Part shown: positions 1-11,933 of the stretch, in pieces | Layout: the number at the start of each line of letters is the position of its first letter | How positions within the stretch are numbered: position 1 is the stretch's first letter | DNA from: Fimbriosthenelais zetlandica | Taxonomy: Eukaryota | NCBI GenBank assembly: GCA_977030845.1 | Contig: OZ365112.1 | Location: forward strand, 7,068,001 to 7,132,000 | Length of the DNA: 64,000 bases | Direction of reading: 5' to 3' | Notes under the pieces: generated by a model | What the model was told of the DNA's origin: nothing | Database searches by the model: none | What the model saw: the letters and a program-made list of their open reading frames with translations, nothing else | Made by a program: the position numbers and the translations under genes

Positions 1-3000
1 AACGGTTCTCCCCAAATCCAGTTTCTTCTTCCACTTCATAAACAATGGAGGTAACTCCCTTAGGTTCTTTCAAACCATGCCTTTATTCACTAAAAGGAAC
101 ATGGATGAAGACGTCTATATGACGATTGCTCGGGAGATTCATTACGAAGAAGAATGGTTGTTTGTTAAATACTTCAAGTGTATTTTGGCGTGTAAATGTC
201 TGGTTTTACACAGAAAGGAGTCAAAGATTGACGACCTGATAGCCTGGCACTCAGGAGTCACATGAAAAGTGGCTTTTTGATAAGTACCTCATCAGAAAGA
301 GAGCATCTGGTGGGTGACTTAGTCAGACCTGACTGCCTGAACGGTTAGCTTTAGCTCATTTTGTGTTATCCTTATCACAAATCCTCCTGGCTGTTTTCTC
401 CAGTATCTGATACCAGCATTGAAGCCAAGGCCGGGACATATCTAACCTACAGGCTACCTCATCGCTGCCTCCATGTACTGGGAATATGGGCAAACTCATA
501 CCCATGGGTTGGCCTCCACTGTGTATTCCATTTTCTTCGCCCCAGGTCCATTCACACCATTGCGTTACACCCACGTCAGAGAAATACCCCCACCAGAATG
601 TGATTTGAAGTATAAAACCACCCAAGGCCAGCCGGCATCAGAAGTTTGCAGCAAGAGCACTGATCAATCACCAACCTGGAGGTGTGGGCTAGTGCAGATT
701 GTTAGACCATTGAGCTAAGGGTATCAAACTGCAGTCAATCTTATTTAAAAGCTAGTTCTGGGTTATAGTCGCTGCGATATCATGCTATACTCATTTCCAT
801 ACATGTCCCAATCGGTCCTTTTAGTTTTCTATTCACCGTGGAAATTATAAAGTGAATGAATTAGCTGCTGGTGGAGAGAGCAGACTGAGTGCGCGCGGCG
901 TGAGAAGCAATTTGTCATTGCTTTGAGTACAGGACATTCACCCACTTCTCACTCAAGCTTGCCTTCCATCAGACTTTCTCTGTAGTTTTTTGTCATTATT
1001 GTACATTTGGTCATCCATAACCCTGCTATTAATGCTTCATTATCCTCGCCATAAATCTGCATTTTACCTCATTCATATGTTTCTCTACCCGCATTGTTTC
1101 TTTGTCCATCATTACCTGCCTGTAGCAAATTTAATCACGTGAAATACTAAAGAAATCCTGCTCAGTGCAGATAAAATCTTTAAGGTTACGACTTCTTTAA
1201 ATTGCACAAAACAACCATGTCAGTCCTCTGTTTCTCTTTATGGTTTTTGCTCATCTGTTCAGCTGTAACTTTTACCCAGAAAAGTGCTTGTCAGTTTGAC
1301 ATGCAGGCTTTGTTCTTTTAATATTGCCGTCAGGTTTTAAATATTCTTTGTCTTGTAACATAAACCAGGCTGAACATAGGACAAACTACATGGCCCTCAG
1401 TGGCATCATAGTCGACCAGGTCTGGAAAAAGTAATCTGGTCTTGATTAATAGCTTGAGGACAAACCATACATTCAAGTCACGGGCGGGCAAGATTAACAT
1501 TTCAAAGTTATGAATCTGCAGCGATCAGGGGCGCGGACTTGTCCTGGTTGTTTTGTATTCAGGGAAGGGAGCGTGTGTATAAACAAGTTCCTTCCCATCT
1601 ACGTGGGCAAGGTTAACCTTAATAAAAAGTGCCACTTACTTTACGTTCAGACAGAAAGATTGGGTTTTAATCGTTGGATATTGCCCTGGTCTAAAAGCCT
1701 TTAATTTCCCGGTAAGTCCTCTGGACTTAAGGGTTGTTATTGAGAAAGTCGAATGCTGGTTCTTTTTACTTGTGATTGCACGTAGGAGAGAGAATCCCTT
1801 GCTTAAGTTTCTAGTTTTTGCTGCTGAATTATTGATCTTTTACCTATTTCAGGATGCTTTGGGGTTCTGCTTTATTTTAGGACTTGGAAATTTAGCCATT
1901 GGGCATCCAATCTCTGCGTGCCCCAGGGACGTGGCTATTTCATTTTATACATGTCTAATTTGATTGGGTCAAAGGGTATGATCCTTGGGAGTATAGGCTT
2001 TCAGTGGTGATTATAGGAAAATGGGAAATCCACCAGTTGCACAGCTTTAAGTGGTTCACGCACGCAAACATATTTTTTGCAGCAGACAAAAGCAGTGCGC
2101 AAAACAATGGTTAAAAAAACATGTAGCGAAGGTTGTTTTAATATGTTAGGTGAGTTTGGCAATTCAGTAAAAAAAACTCCTTTTCTGTGCTTGAAATTAA
2201 ACGAGGGAGGAAGGAAGGAGAAAATCCTTGTCTCATGTCACTCCAGACTGTGACTGGCAGAAGACAAGGGAGCAGAAGATGAGACTGAAATCATAAGATA
2301 GATCCCGATAAAAAACGGAATATCTATGTGTATAAACGAGGATTGTGTTCCTACCAGTCCACACGGTGGAAAAAAATTTTTTTTTCTCATAAGTACTTCC
2401 TATTTTTGGAAGTCAATTTGGAATAAAATTTCTAACACCAAAAAACGGAATATCATAAGTTGCTCATATATGATATACAAGGTGTCATATGATCCCTCAG
2501 TAGATTTACCTCAGCGGAGACTTGTGAAAACAACTCGACTGTCCCCGTCATTGCTCTTTTTAACCTCGTCAGAATCCATCTCATTCCCGACATCCTACTT
2601 TCACTTTCCTCCCCGAAATGACTTCGCACAAGGGGAACTGGGAGCGGCAAGGCGTAATGGCTGTGGTAACCATGATTTATCAGCCTGACCTTTTCTCCCA
2701 CTTCAGTCCGCATGTCGCCATACAGACAGGTAGAAACGACCAAAGCTGCATCCCCGGAAACGCCACATTTCACTAAAGATGTCGCGCGTCCTTCGCCCGG
2801 CGCCTCATTTCCGTCATCATGCACCTGGTTTTGAAAGCGTTTCGGCGTTATCACGCACGGAAATGACGTGCGGCACGAGGTCATAACAACATGTGACACT
2901 TAACCCAACATTCCTGAGAAAAGAGCCTTCCTGTTAGAAAGTGAGAAGAGATTGTCCCCTGAACTTTGAAACTCGTCAGCACTGGAACGTCAAGAGCAGG

Positions 3001-6000
3001 GGGTGTTATAATCAATCATGACATAAATCATAAAATTTGTCATTTTTCTTCTCATTCTTTCTCATGAAATGTGTATTCAGAAGTTCAACATGATCGCGTG
3101 ATCCTATTACCCATGCGTTCCTTCCAAGAACACAAACACCTGGTCAGAATGAATGTTCTTCATTGGAGAGTCCCATTTAGGAAAATTGGCCACATTTGCC
3201 ATTGTCCAATATGCAATATCATCAGCGATTGGACTGGGCACATGGAAACTTTCCGTATACTACTAATAGGGGCTTAGTGGCGCCGTGCCATTAGTAATAT
3301 AAACAGTCTGCTGAGCATACCTGGGTGCTTTTAGCAAGGTACTAAGATACTTATAGAGGCATGTTGGGCCTTAGACACATGCGGTAATAGACGGTCAAGC
3401 CGCAAATCGCTAGATCCCATGTATGTATAAAGGGGATTACTTCGCGATAGCAATTTTCTTGGCCATAACATTGGCATGGCGAGACCATATTATAGCCAAT
3501 CTCCGAAGACGCGGGATACTTGATATGAAGTGATATGAAAATTACTGTAACTGATGCTTTGATGAATATTGCAATATTTTCAAAGTTGCCTTCCCCAACA
3601 ATATCGGCATCGATATTGGTTGAACGTGGGCAAATTTTTGTCATTTCCAAAAAACTTACATAAACATCCGCCCCTTGTAACTGACATGAATACATAATTA
3701 GATACCTGAATATACATAATAGTCTGTGCCTTCCATGATGCCGCTGATTGCATCTCCAAGACTGTATGCAAAACCATAGGCCTAGTAGATAGAGGCGCAT
3801 ATAAATGACAATGTTCTACCGGTTTGACATAAAAGCCAACCTGTAGGCCTACATTAAAGGATCAAAAGCCAGTGAAATGTGGGCAAACCTTTTAACACTG
3901 GAAAGTGTAATTATTACCATATTAAAGAGGAAAAGAAACTAAATTAAGCTGGCAAGGCTTCGAAGATCAAAGATTTTTGTAGCCGATAGTTGGAAATCTT
4001 TGATCTTATACTCAAGTGAAGCTAATACGTTTTAAGTGGCATATGTTTCAGGTAAGCCAAAACGTGCATGTAGGCACATACGAGCTCTGTGAACTACGTC
4101 AGGTATAAACGCTTCACGATGGCTAAAATACTTTATTCCTGGTAAAGGAATATTAAATATCACCTTGAGCTTATTTTAAGTTTATGCAGCCACCAAGAAA
4201 AATTCATTCGTCTGGTTTTGGGCAACACAAGCACAACCATATTGCACTGATATCATGTAGGATGGGGTTCTCTGCCTACTGGTTTTCCACATATGATTCA
4301 GTCAGCACTTGATACCCGCAATATTAAAGGTCTCACTCTGGTACTGACCCAAGTATCAGTGGAGGAATCGGATATTTTTTGTCCTCATCAGAGCTCAGCA
4401 GGATTCAGAATTCAAATCACTTACTCTCAGATGGAGGCTGAGGTTAGCAAGACAAACGTGATGGGTCACTGAGTTCATCTCTCTACTCATTCATATGGAC
4501 AAGTTCGATATACTCAGACTAAAGTCACTTCCAACCTCTATACTCTCTACCATTCATAATATACTTAAAGCTGATAGTTATATATAGCTTAGTATGGTAG
4601 AAAATATGTTTAGTTGGTACAAATTTTATCACAACTTGGCTTGTTATTACACTCCCGACACGCTGATCTGGCCTTGGGGTTTTCTTGACGAAAATCACAC
4701 GTGAAATCTGCATTTTTCAAGAGTAGTGAAACGAGGGAAGATTAATGGACATATTTCATAAAATGTTGAGGTACAAGATTGGCATAAAGATCATCCTATA
4801 CCAAATTCAAGGTGAATGTTTCCCAAGATAGTCTAAATCCTCTCTTTGCCGTCTACAGCATAAAATACCAATCATAGTTTATTATCCTTCAATGATTGCG
4901 TGTTGGCATGATAAACCTTTTAGCAAATGATCAATTTTTAAATTTGATGTGAAACTCGAGCTCGCTAATGACGAAGAAATTTTAATGAAAACCTATAGTA
5001 CCTTTTGACTAATAAAGCGATATTTTTCCATCAGAGAAAGTGATCTCATATGTTGACATCTCATTTATCAGACCTGATTAAAAATGAACATGTAAGAATT
5101 ATTGCCTAAAGTATGGCACATAACCAGAATGTTGAAATACCCGATGGGCAATAACTCCCGGAAGAATATGGTAATTGCCTTTTCTCCACCAGAGATGGGA
5201 CATATACTCATTGTGTGCTTTGATTGAAGAGGACCTAACACGGCAAACCCCATGGATTCTCACTCATAAAATGCTTAGCATGAATATACCATTCATGTGA
5301 ATTCATGGGGAATACAACACATCTATATCACAAAGACAAAGTACAGAGGCTATCTGACATCAAATGTGTTACGCCGGCAGAGTTAAAAGCTTTTTGAAGC
5401 AAGTGTAATCAGCATAAAATGAATTGCCATCAAATTAGGATATCTTCCACTGGTGCCCGGGGCTGATTAAAGCCTTTATCATGTGGGATTGATGGCAAAC
5501 GGTCACGATATACGCACCTTGCCATAACAGGTGGAATCAATATATAAGTGGGGACGGTTTAGGGTTTCCCACTATTGTTTCTCATAGTCATTAAGTATAG
5601 GAATGAGGGTCGGTAAAGCAGTTCCTGATGCCACAATACATCACGCAGTTGCATAGTCTTCAGCAGTAACACTCCCAATTAGATTTACTCATCTTTAACT
5701 ATAGGTTGTCAATGGTTTAATGCAGATTTATGGAGAGAAACAAAGCTTCTCTCAACCCACATACAGCACAAGCCCGGGAGGAAATAAGGACAGTCACCGG
5801 ATATTGCATGACTTCTAAGAAGGTTGTACTTGACCTGACTCATTTCCACAGGCGGTGTTCATCTCAGAGTTTCTCTTTTAAATTCCTTTTTGATTAACAT
5901 GTCAATAAAAAGTAGGACTCGACCCACGCTTTAATCGGAAAACCTTGAATCAGAATATCGAGTTGGTAGGGAATAGAAATTGAGAAGAAAGGAAAGGAAA

Positions 6001-6346
6001 TTGAGAATTTCTCAACCCGAGGTCATAGGCATAACCAAAAAAACCATCGGATAACAAGAAATGAAGGAAAATAAATAAATCCAATGAAATAGCCTACTGC
6101 AATCTGATTTTGCCATTGATCAAAGGTTAACGTAACACAACCCGTGACACATTTATTTGTGATTCGGGGTGGTTTTCATTGAATTCAACCATGTAGTCGG
6201 ATCATTTCATTCGTCATGCCTTCACATAGGTCTGGCAATAAAGGAAGCTCACTAAAAGCTAAGAGTAGCTCACATGGCTGACTAGGGCATTAATAGTGAC
6301 AAATGACTCGCTTCACTCCTCTCCCCTTCCCTTATATAACTCTTAC
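1..6346 (-). other. Intron of the receptor gene (phase 0), extending past the left edge of the window
   Basis: A GTAAGA donor lies at 6346-6341. A manual reverse-complement scan found no TM6 (CWxP) or TM7 (NPxxY) exon in 1-6346. Confidence 0.7.
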
Positions 6347-7255
6347 CTTGCGTTTGGAGGCAGCCATGCGCTGGTCCCTATTATTTTCGGCTTCACCAGG
6401 GGCTTTTGTCAGCCAAATGACCACAGCGATCCTCGTGTAGGTAAACATAAGTACAAAGAGAGGCAGGAAGTACTGTAGCACCATTAACACTAGACTGTAG
6501 ATGTACCTCTGCCGTTGACCCGGCCAGTCCTCGATGCAATAGTCACGTAAAGCCCCCGTCTCATCCTCTGAGGTCTCTATCCGGGACAAGATGGCCACCG
6601 GAAGTGGCACTGCTAGCGACAGGAACCATATGACACTGATGACAATGGCCGCTTGTTTGGTCGTCATTCGGGGCCTTAAAGGATATATGATGGCAATATA
6701 ACGATCCAGACTTATTGCTAAGAGAGTGAATGCGCTGAGAAAAACCGTCACTACTTGGGAGTAGGTCACAATAGGGCAGAGAATAGGTCCAAATGGCCAG
6801 TACTTCATTAATAGATTGGCAATGAAGGTGAAAGGGATACATAGGACAGACATCATGATGTCAGAACAGGCCAGATTGACAATAAAGTAGTTTGTTACTG
6901 TGCGCATCCTTTGGTAGGCCAGGACTATGTAACAGACAATGACATTACCTCCGACAGAGAGAACACTCACTGTAGTATACATCAATATGATGATCACCTG
7001 GGCATAGAGAGGCATGGCAAAATCCACGCCTTCTCCTTCCATTGAGTAATTCCCAGTCCCATTGCCATTGTCAAGAGTCTGGTTTAGATCAAACATTTGG
7101 ACGACATCAAGCCCTAGTCCAGACTGGTTGGCCACGACGTAACTGGGGCCGATGTTATAATCTGACGTCCAGCTTTCCTGCTGCTCTAAGCCGTTCCGCT
7201 CCGGGTCCACAGCGTAGACACCTATGTCCGACTCGTTGGCCATATGAACAGTCAT
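6347..7255 (-). CDS. RYa-R: First coding exon (303 codons, N-terminus to ICL3, TM1-TM5) of a rhodopsin-class neuropeptide GPCR, luqin/RYamide receptor-like; partial gene
   Basis: The translation has class A hallmarks: TM1 GGN, TM2 NLACSD, ECL1 YWPFGPILC, DRY (6706-6698), TM4 W...P.P, ECL2 YCIEDW and TM5 QYFLP...Y. The ICL3 sequence KAPGEAENNRDQRMAASKRK is the pattern I recognise from luqin/RYamide receptors. There is an in-frame stop at 7282-7280 upstream of the ATG, and a canonical AAG|GTAAGA donor after 6347. The symbol is the Drosophila orthologue name and is assigned at family level only. Confidence 0.9.
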
Positions 7256-7325
7256 TTTGTCCTGTTTTACTGCCGGCGGTTACCGCTCAAGTGGCCTCTT
7301 AGGATCCCCCTCAGCCTCCTCAAAC
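7256..7325 (-). other. 5' UTR portion of the receptor exon, starting at a splice acceptor
   Basis: The minus strand reads CTCTTGCTTTTGCTTCATTGCAG|GTTTG, a pyrimidine tract plus CAG ending at 7326. There is no ATG between the acceptor and the start codon, which sits in an A(-3) context (CAAAATG). Confidence 0.7.
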
Positions 7326-8357
7326 CTGCAATGAAGCAAAAGCAAGAGTGCATTATATGGCATGGCTTCCATGACACGAGTTGCAGCTTTAGAACCGTTA
7401 GGCAATAAGGCAAGTTACAGATATATTTAGAAGAAGCGGCTGGCCTAGAACAAAGTGCCACTTCATGGAGGTTTTGACGATTATATTAGGTTGCTTTAGT
7501 TGGATGGATGGGAGTGGGTGGATAACAGAGTAGGGGCCAAAGTAAAGCTCATATTTCCCTAGGGGATGGCCCTATATGACCTACTCATAACCGTTGGTCT
7601 GCAGCAGCATTATATAGGTACAGGTATAAAAAGTTTCAGGATAAATAGTCGCTTGTATTGTATATATACTGGTCGTTTACTCCCACAAGGAATTAATTTA
7701 CAGTAGATATTTATCATGTTAATAGCTGCAGACTTATTTGTCCACCTTGGTGATATTAAGGAGGACAAAACTTCAAGTCTCTGAGGCTTGGAACATTCAG
7801 TTAATTGCTGCTGTCTGTGGGTGGGACGATAATACATTGAAGGTGGCCAACAAGGCATAACATAGACTACTATAGAAATACATAAATCAATGTTATAGAA
7901 TTTATAAAGAAATAAGAACGAAGTTAATAAATAATATCCACTAGTCTGGCGTATAATGCCAGGGAAATCCATGACAAGTGGGAGGATATAGACCAAAGTG
8001 TTAAAGATTGTATGATTAATATGTGACCAAATAGGGAGTTACCGACACATCAATATTTGGTCCGGATGTTCGTTCCAAGCAATAATTTTAGGTCAGGATA
8101 CTCGCTTTCTATACGTTCTGCATGGGAAGCCAAGAAATGTGGAGGACAGTATTGATTTGTGCGTGTGGCAATGAGAGGCCTCAGATGAGGGTAGGCCTAC
8201 TTACATGCATCTTGCTTTGTCATATCGTTAGTTTTGTTACAATGTGCCTGTGATAGGATCTACAAAGGGCAATTGCCTATTAGCCCAATGAGAGATTCAC
8301 CAAATTAACATTTATGGTGGTCAGATGATGGGCTATAAGACTGTATAGTACCATGCA

Positions 8358-8450
8358 CTGAATGGATGATTATAGGCTTATTATTCAGACGACTATATTA
8401 TAGCCATCCATTCAGATGACTATACATTGCATAATAGCCATCCATTCAGA
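8358..8450. repeat. Short mixed inverted/direct repeat
   Basis: CTGAATGGATG (8358-8368) is the reverse complement of CATCCATTCAG, which occurs at 8405-8415 and 8439-8449 inside a duplicated TTCAGA(C/T)GACTATA..ATAGCC unit. Confidence 0.7.
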
Positions 8451-8734
8451 ACATACGTTATCTTTTTTGTTATTTAGGATGTTTATACAGCATACTAGGG
8501 GTCATAGGTTAACGGGGCACAATAAATGCGGCTAGTCCATGCTAGTCTGCCTATTGCTGTTTTTCTAGGTGCAGACTATAAGAGGTCATGCAGGACGAAA
8601 CATATCAAAAGTAATCTTCCTTGTTAAGAAACTCATAAGCTGTCATGTGCACTTTCTATTTATTAGTACACTAGCAGGCTATTATTAAAAAAGAGCAGAC
8701 CAACTGTCAGTATCACCAAGGATAGTATAATATA

Positions 8735-8970
8735 CAAGGCAGTCTGCACCATGTTTCATGCAGTAACAAAGAAAATGATAAAAATGGTGTTTATTGTCGC
8801 AATATCCAGGTCTGTAGGGGACATATTTCATACAGTGATGAAGAAAATGAACAGACGTGTCTATTGTCACTATATACACTAGCGTTCAGACCATTTTTCT
8901 GCAGTCAATAGTTTTTGTTGCCACAATACACAAGCAGTCTGAACCTATTGTGTGCAGTAGGAAAGAAAGT
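8735..8970. repeat. Degenerate minisatellite of about 50-70 bp units (3-4 copies)
   Basis: Blocks resembling CAAG(G)CAGTCTG..CCAT.TTTCAT(G/A)CAGT..AAGAAAATGA..TATTGTC.C.ATA recur. Aligned by eye only. Confidence 0.45.
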
Positions 8971-9149
8971 CAATAATCCCAAGGCAAAAAACGAAAAAAA
9001 ATGCTGAATTATTACATCTGCAACTATCCTTCTTCATGAAGATCTGCTAATGGATCCCCGGACAGCTGTACTTCATTGAACAGCGTGACTATATAAATAT
9101 CAGTGGGTGCTATTTAGACCTTGTTTGTTGAAATTTGATATTTGCATTT

Positions 9150-9182
9150 TGGCAGTGACCAAGTGTGGCAGTGACCAAGGGT
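9150..9182. repeat. 16-bp tandem duplication
   Basis: TGGCAGTGACCAAG occurs at 9150 and 9166. Confidence 0.85.
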
Positions 9183-10208
9183 GGCCTCTTTCAAATTTCA
9201 GGGCCAGTTTAGACGTTTGGGTTTTCAATCAGTAGACAGTGCTAGTTGAGCCAAAATATTATGAAATATTGTATTTCTTTGAACAACCACGATTGCATAC
9301 ACAAACAAGTGTATGAATCTTCAGTCCTCCCCAGACAGACCCTGGTCAAAATGAATTGAGGGCCGACAGGCGATCAATGCCTACAGTAATGTTGTTTATC
9401 TTTCACAGAATTTTAATGTTTATCAAATCATTAGACTTCCCATCTATCAAGCCACTAACAATATTTGGTTTCCAAGGTAAATTTGCTGCCGCTAGGGAGC
9501 CATTTGGGAACAAGACTTCAACATTTCTGTATCGTCATCAGTTCAGAAAGGTAGCATCCAAAGAGAGCATCCCATAAACTAACCTTGATCGTATTAGCTA
9601 TTGACATTTCTCAGTCCAAAACTAAGCGAAATGATATTATTATTGCAATCATTGAAGCTTCTGAGGTTGAAAATTTCACTTTGCCAATATTAACAAGTCT
9701 ATGGTCTAGAAAATCAGACGCCTATACCTAATAATCTAATCACTTTTATAGTGTAGATATTATGGTCCTATTGCACATTCCTGTGAGTGCAAATTGGAAA
9801 ATATCTCTAGTTTATGAGGGTTACAGGTGATAGATAAAACAACTATCTAATTACTTAACAGCAAAACATTCAGTTTCTTTATATTGAGTTAAAAACGTTT
9901 GTGTATGGGGCTTCACCGACAAGAAAATCGTTAGGTTTGCACTCAGTGCATCTAAATGTAAAGGAGACATCGGCTTTCTTGGAGAGCTTGCTCTTTTCTA
10001 AAACATACATATATGATCAAGATCATCTCGAGCGATACAAAAACTTTGTGTCTGAATGAAGCTACAAACAAGTCCTTTTAGATGTCACTGCATACTCTAG
10101 CTGCTGACTAATAATGGATCCTAACGTTAAATAGGAACACATAAAAACTTCCCAAGCAGCACATTTGAAATGATGTGTGGTTTAACGTACAAAATACAAA
10201 AAAAAGCA

Positions 10209-10248
10209 ATGAATCCTTAGAATAATATATGAATCCTTAGAATAATAT
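10209..10248. repeat. Perfect 20-bp tandem duplication
   Basis: ATGAATCCTTAGAATAATAT x2. Confidence 0.95.
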
Positions 10249-11896
10249 TGAAATAAATCGTGAGCAGTGAGATGGTAGAACGTCTTTTTCACCAACGTGG
10301 GTGACAGAGAAATGCTCATTTATATAAATTTCAAAGGAACTACGGGGGCTGGGATGCCCTCCCCAACACCGACGTCGTGGAAAGGTGTTTGGCAGCACTT
10401 CTAAGGTTTAATCATCCTTACATTTAAGGGTAGGCACCACTATGTTACATACGACAGTCTGGTTTGCTACGACAGCTGAGTGCTGCATCCGCTGGTGCTC
10501 GCTCTCCTTCATTCACTGCCTGCAGCTAAAACAGGTACCGTAAGCTATGTGAATTTCTTCTATATTTTTGGGGGGATTTTCCCGTCGGGGGCGATCGGGG
10601 GGGGGGGCCTCTATAGTTGTCTGACAAATGTTATTTATTTGAGAATATGCTGGCACTGAGATAAGCAGCATAATTTGTTTTTCAGCAAATAAAATATTTA
10701 TCTATATATACCGTCTTTTGTGTGAATTTATTATTTCATCCATTTTCCCTAAAAATTGTTTACTCAGAACAAATTCCGCCCTACCCTGATATACTAATGG
10801 CCGCCCCCTTAGGTATAACAAGGCTTACACCTATTAATATGGCTATGGAGCAAGGGAAATGTCTGTTGACAGTTTTAGAGAAAAGGTCGAAACAGTTGTC
10901 ACATTACAGAAGAAGAGGAAAACTTAATATTTCAATCGATATAATGCCTAGGCCTAGCCTATTCTGCTATATCGTCAATGTTCAATGAAGGCAGGAGAAC
11001 TGGGCGAGATAATTTTTTTTTACTGTTTATCTTTTGGTTCCACCTTAATGTTGAATACCGATCAGGTTTTTTGTGATTAATAGAGTGTCAACAATTTTAA
11101 TGCGAGTAATGAATGAAAAGTATCTGTTTTACCGAGTTCTGTGTATGCAGAAGCAGCAAGGAAGGTGTTTTACTGGCGAAAAGTGTTTTAGTGTGGCTCA
11201 AATCTAAAAGCATTTTATAATATTATAAAACAGAAAGTTTGTCTTTTGGGGAAAACCGACCAAACAGAAATGGAGCCTCGGTGCAAAACATTATAGGTTA
11301 TGTTTAATGTGGTTGCTTCGGTTTGGAGATATTATGAGTAGCTAAACTCTTCATTGGTCCCTCTAGTTGTAGACTGATTGGAGCTTTCTAGACCCAGGTT
11401 GCACCCCTCTGCTGTTAAAAATAAGATTTAGAGCAAGCTTCGACCTTTTCAAATGCAATTCACGTGAAGCACAGTCAGAGCAATCTGTGTTCATGAAAGG
11501 CTTCATGAAGCAAACTTTGGTACTTAGAGTCATGCCTAAAATACTCTGTGCACCTATAATCAAATTCTCCATGCCCTTCTATAATATTATTCTTCAAGTT
11601 TCCATCACTTTCCACAGCCAATATGAGGTTCACTTAATATGATCCAAAGTTTCCCAATTACTCTTATTTTTCATATTCTCAATATATAATATTTTTTTAA
11701 TTGAAATTAAACAAATACATGCCTCTGTTCAGAGTATTTTCGGTAATGAATGAATATAATAATATATAATAAGGTTTATGAATCTAATGTGATATTTAAT
11801 ATGCCCTACAATAACCATGCTACTGTTGAGTATATATGTGCTAGGGCGGCATTGAATGAGGTCATCACATTAAAATATGGAACGCGCAAGACCCAA

Positions 11897-11933
11897 CCCC
11901 CCCCCCCCCCCCCCCCCTCCCCACCCCCCGCCC
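11897..11933. repeat. Poly-C tract (C21 followed by short C runs)
   Basis: Read directly from the sequence; it accounts for the poly-Pro ORFs at 11750-12065. Confidence 0.95.

Noticed and set aside
2453-2899. 148-aa ORF as the receptor C-terminal tail exon
   Set aside because: There is no TM7 or helix-8 signature in any frame, and the nearby acceptors at about 2930 and 2913 lead to early stops or unrelated sequence.
3351-3800. 149-aa ORF with a kinase-like VGEGNF and a TM7-like CYREVIPFIHTW
   Set aside because: These are isolated short resemblances. There is no GxGxxG/VAIK context, no NPxxY and no suitable splice sites.
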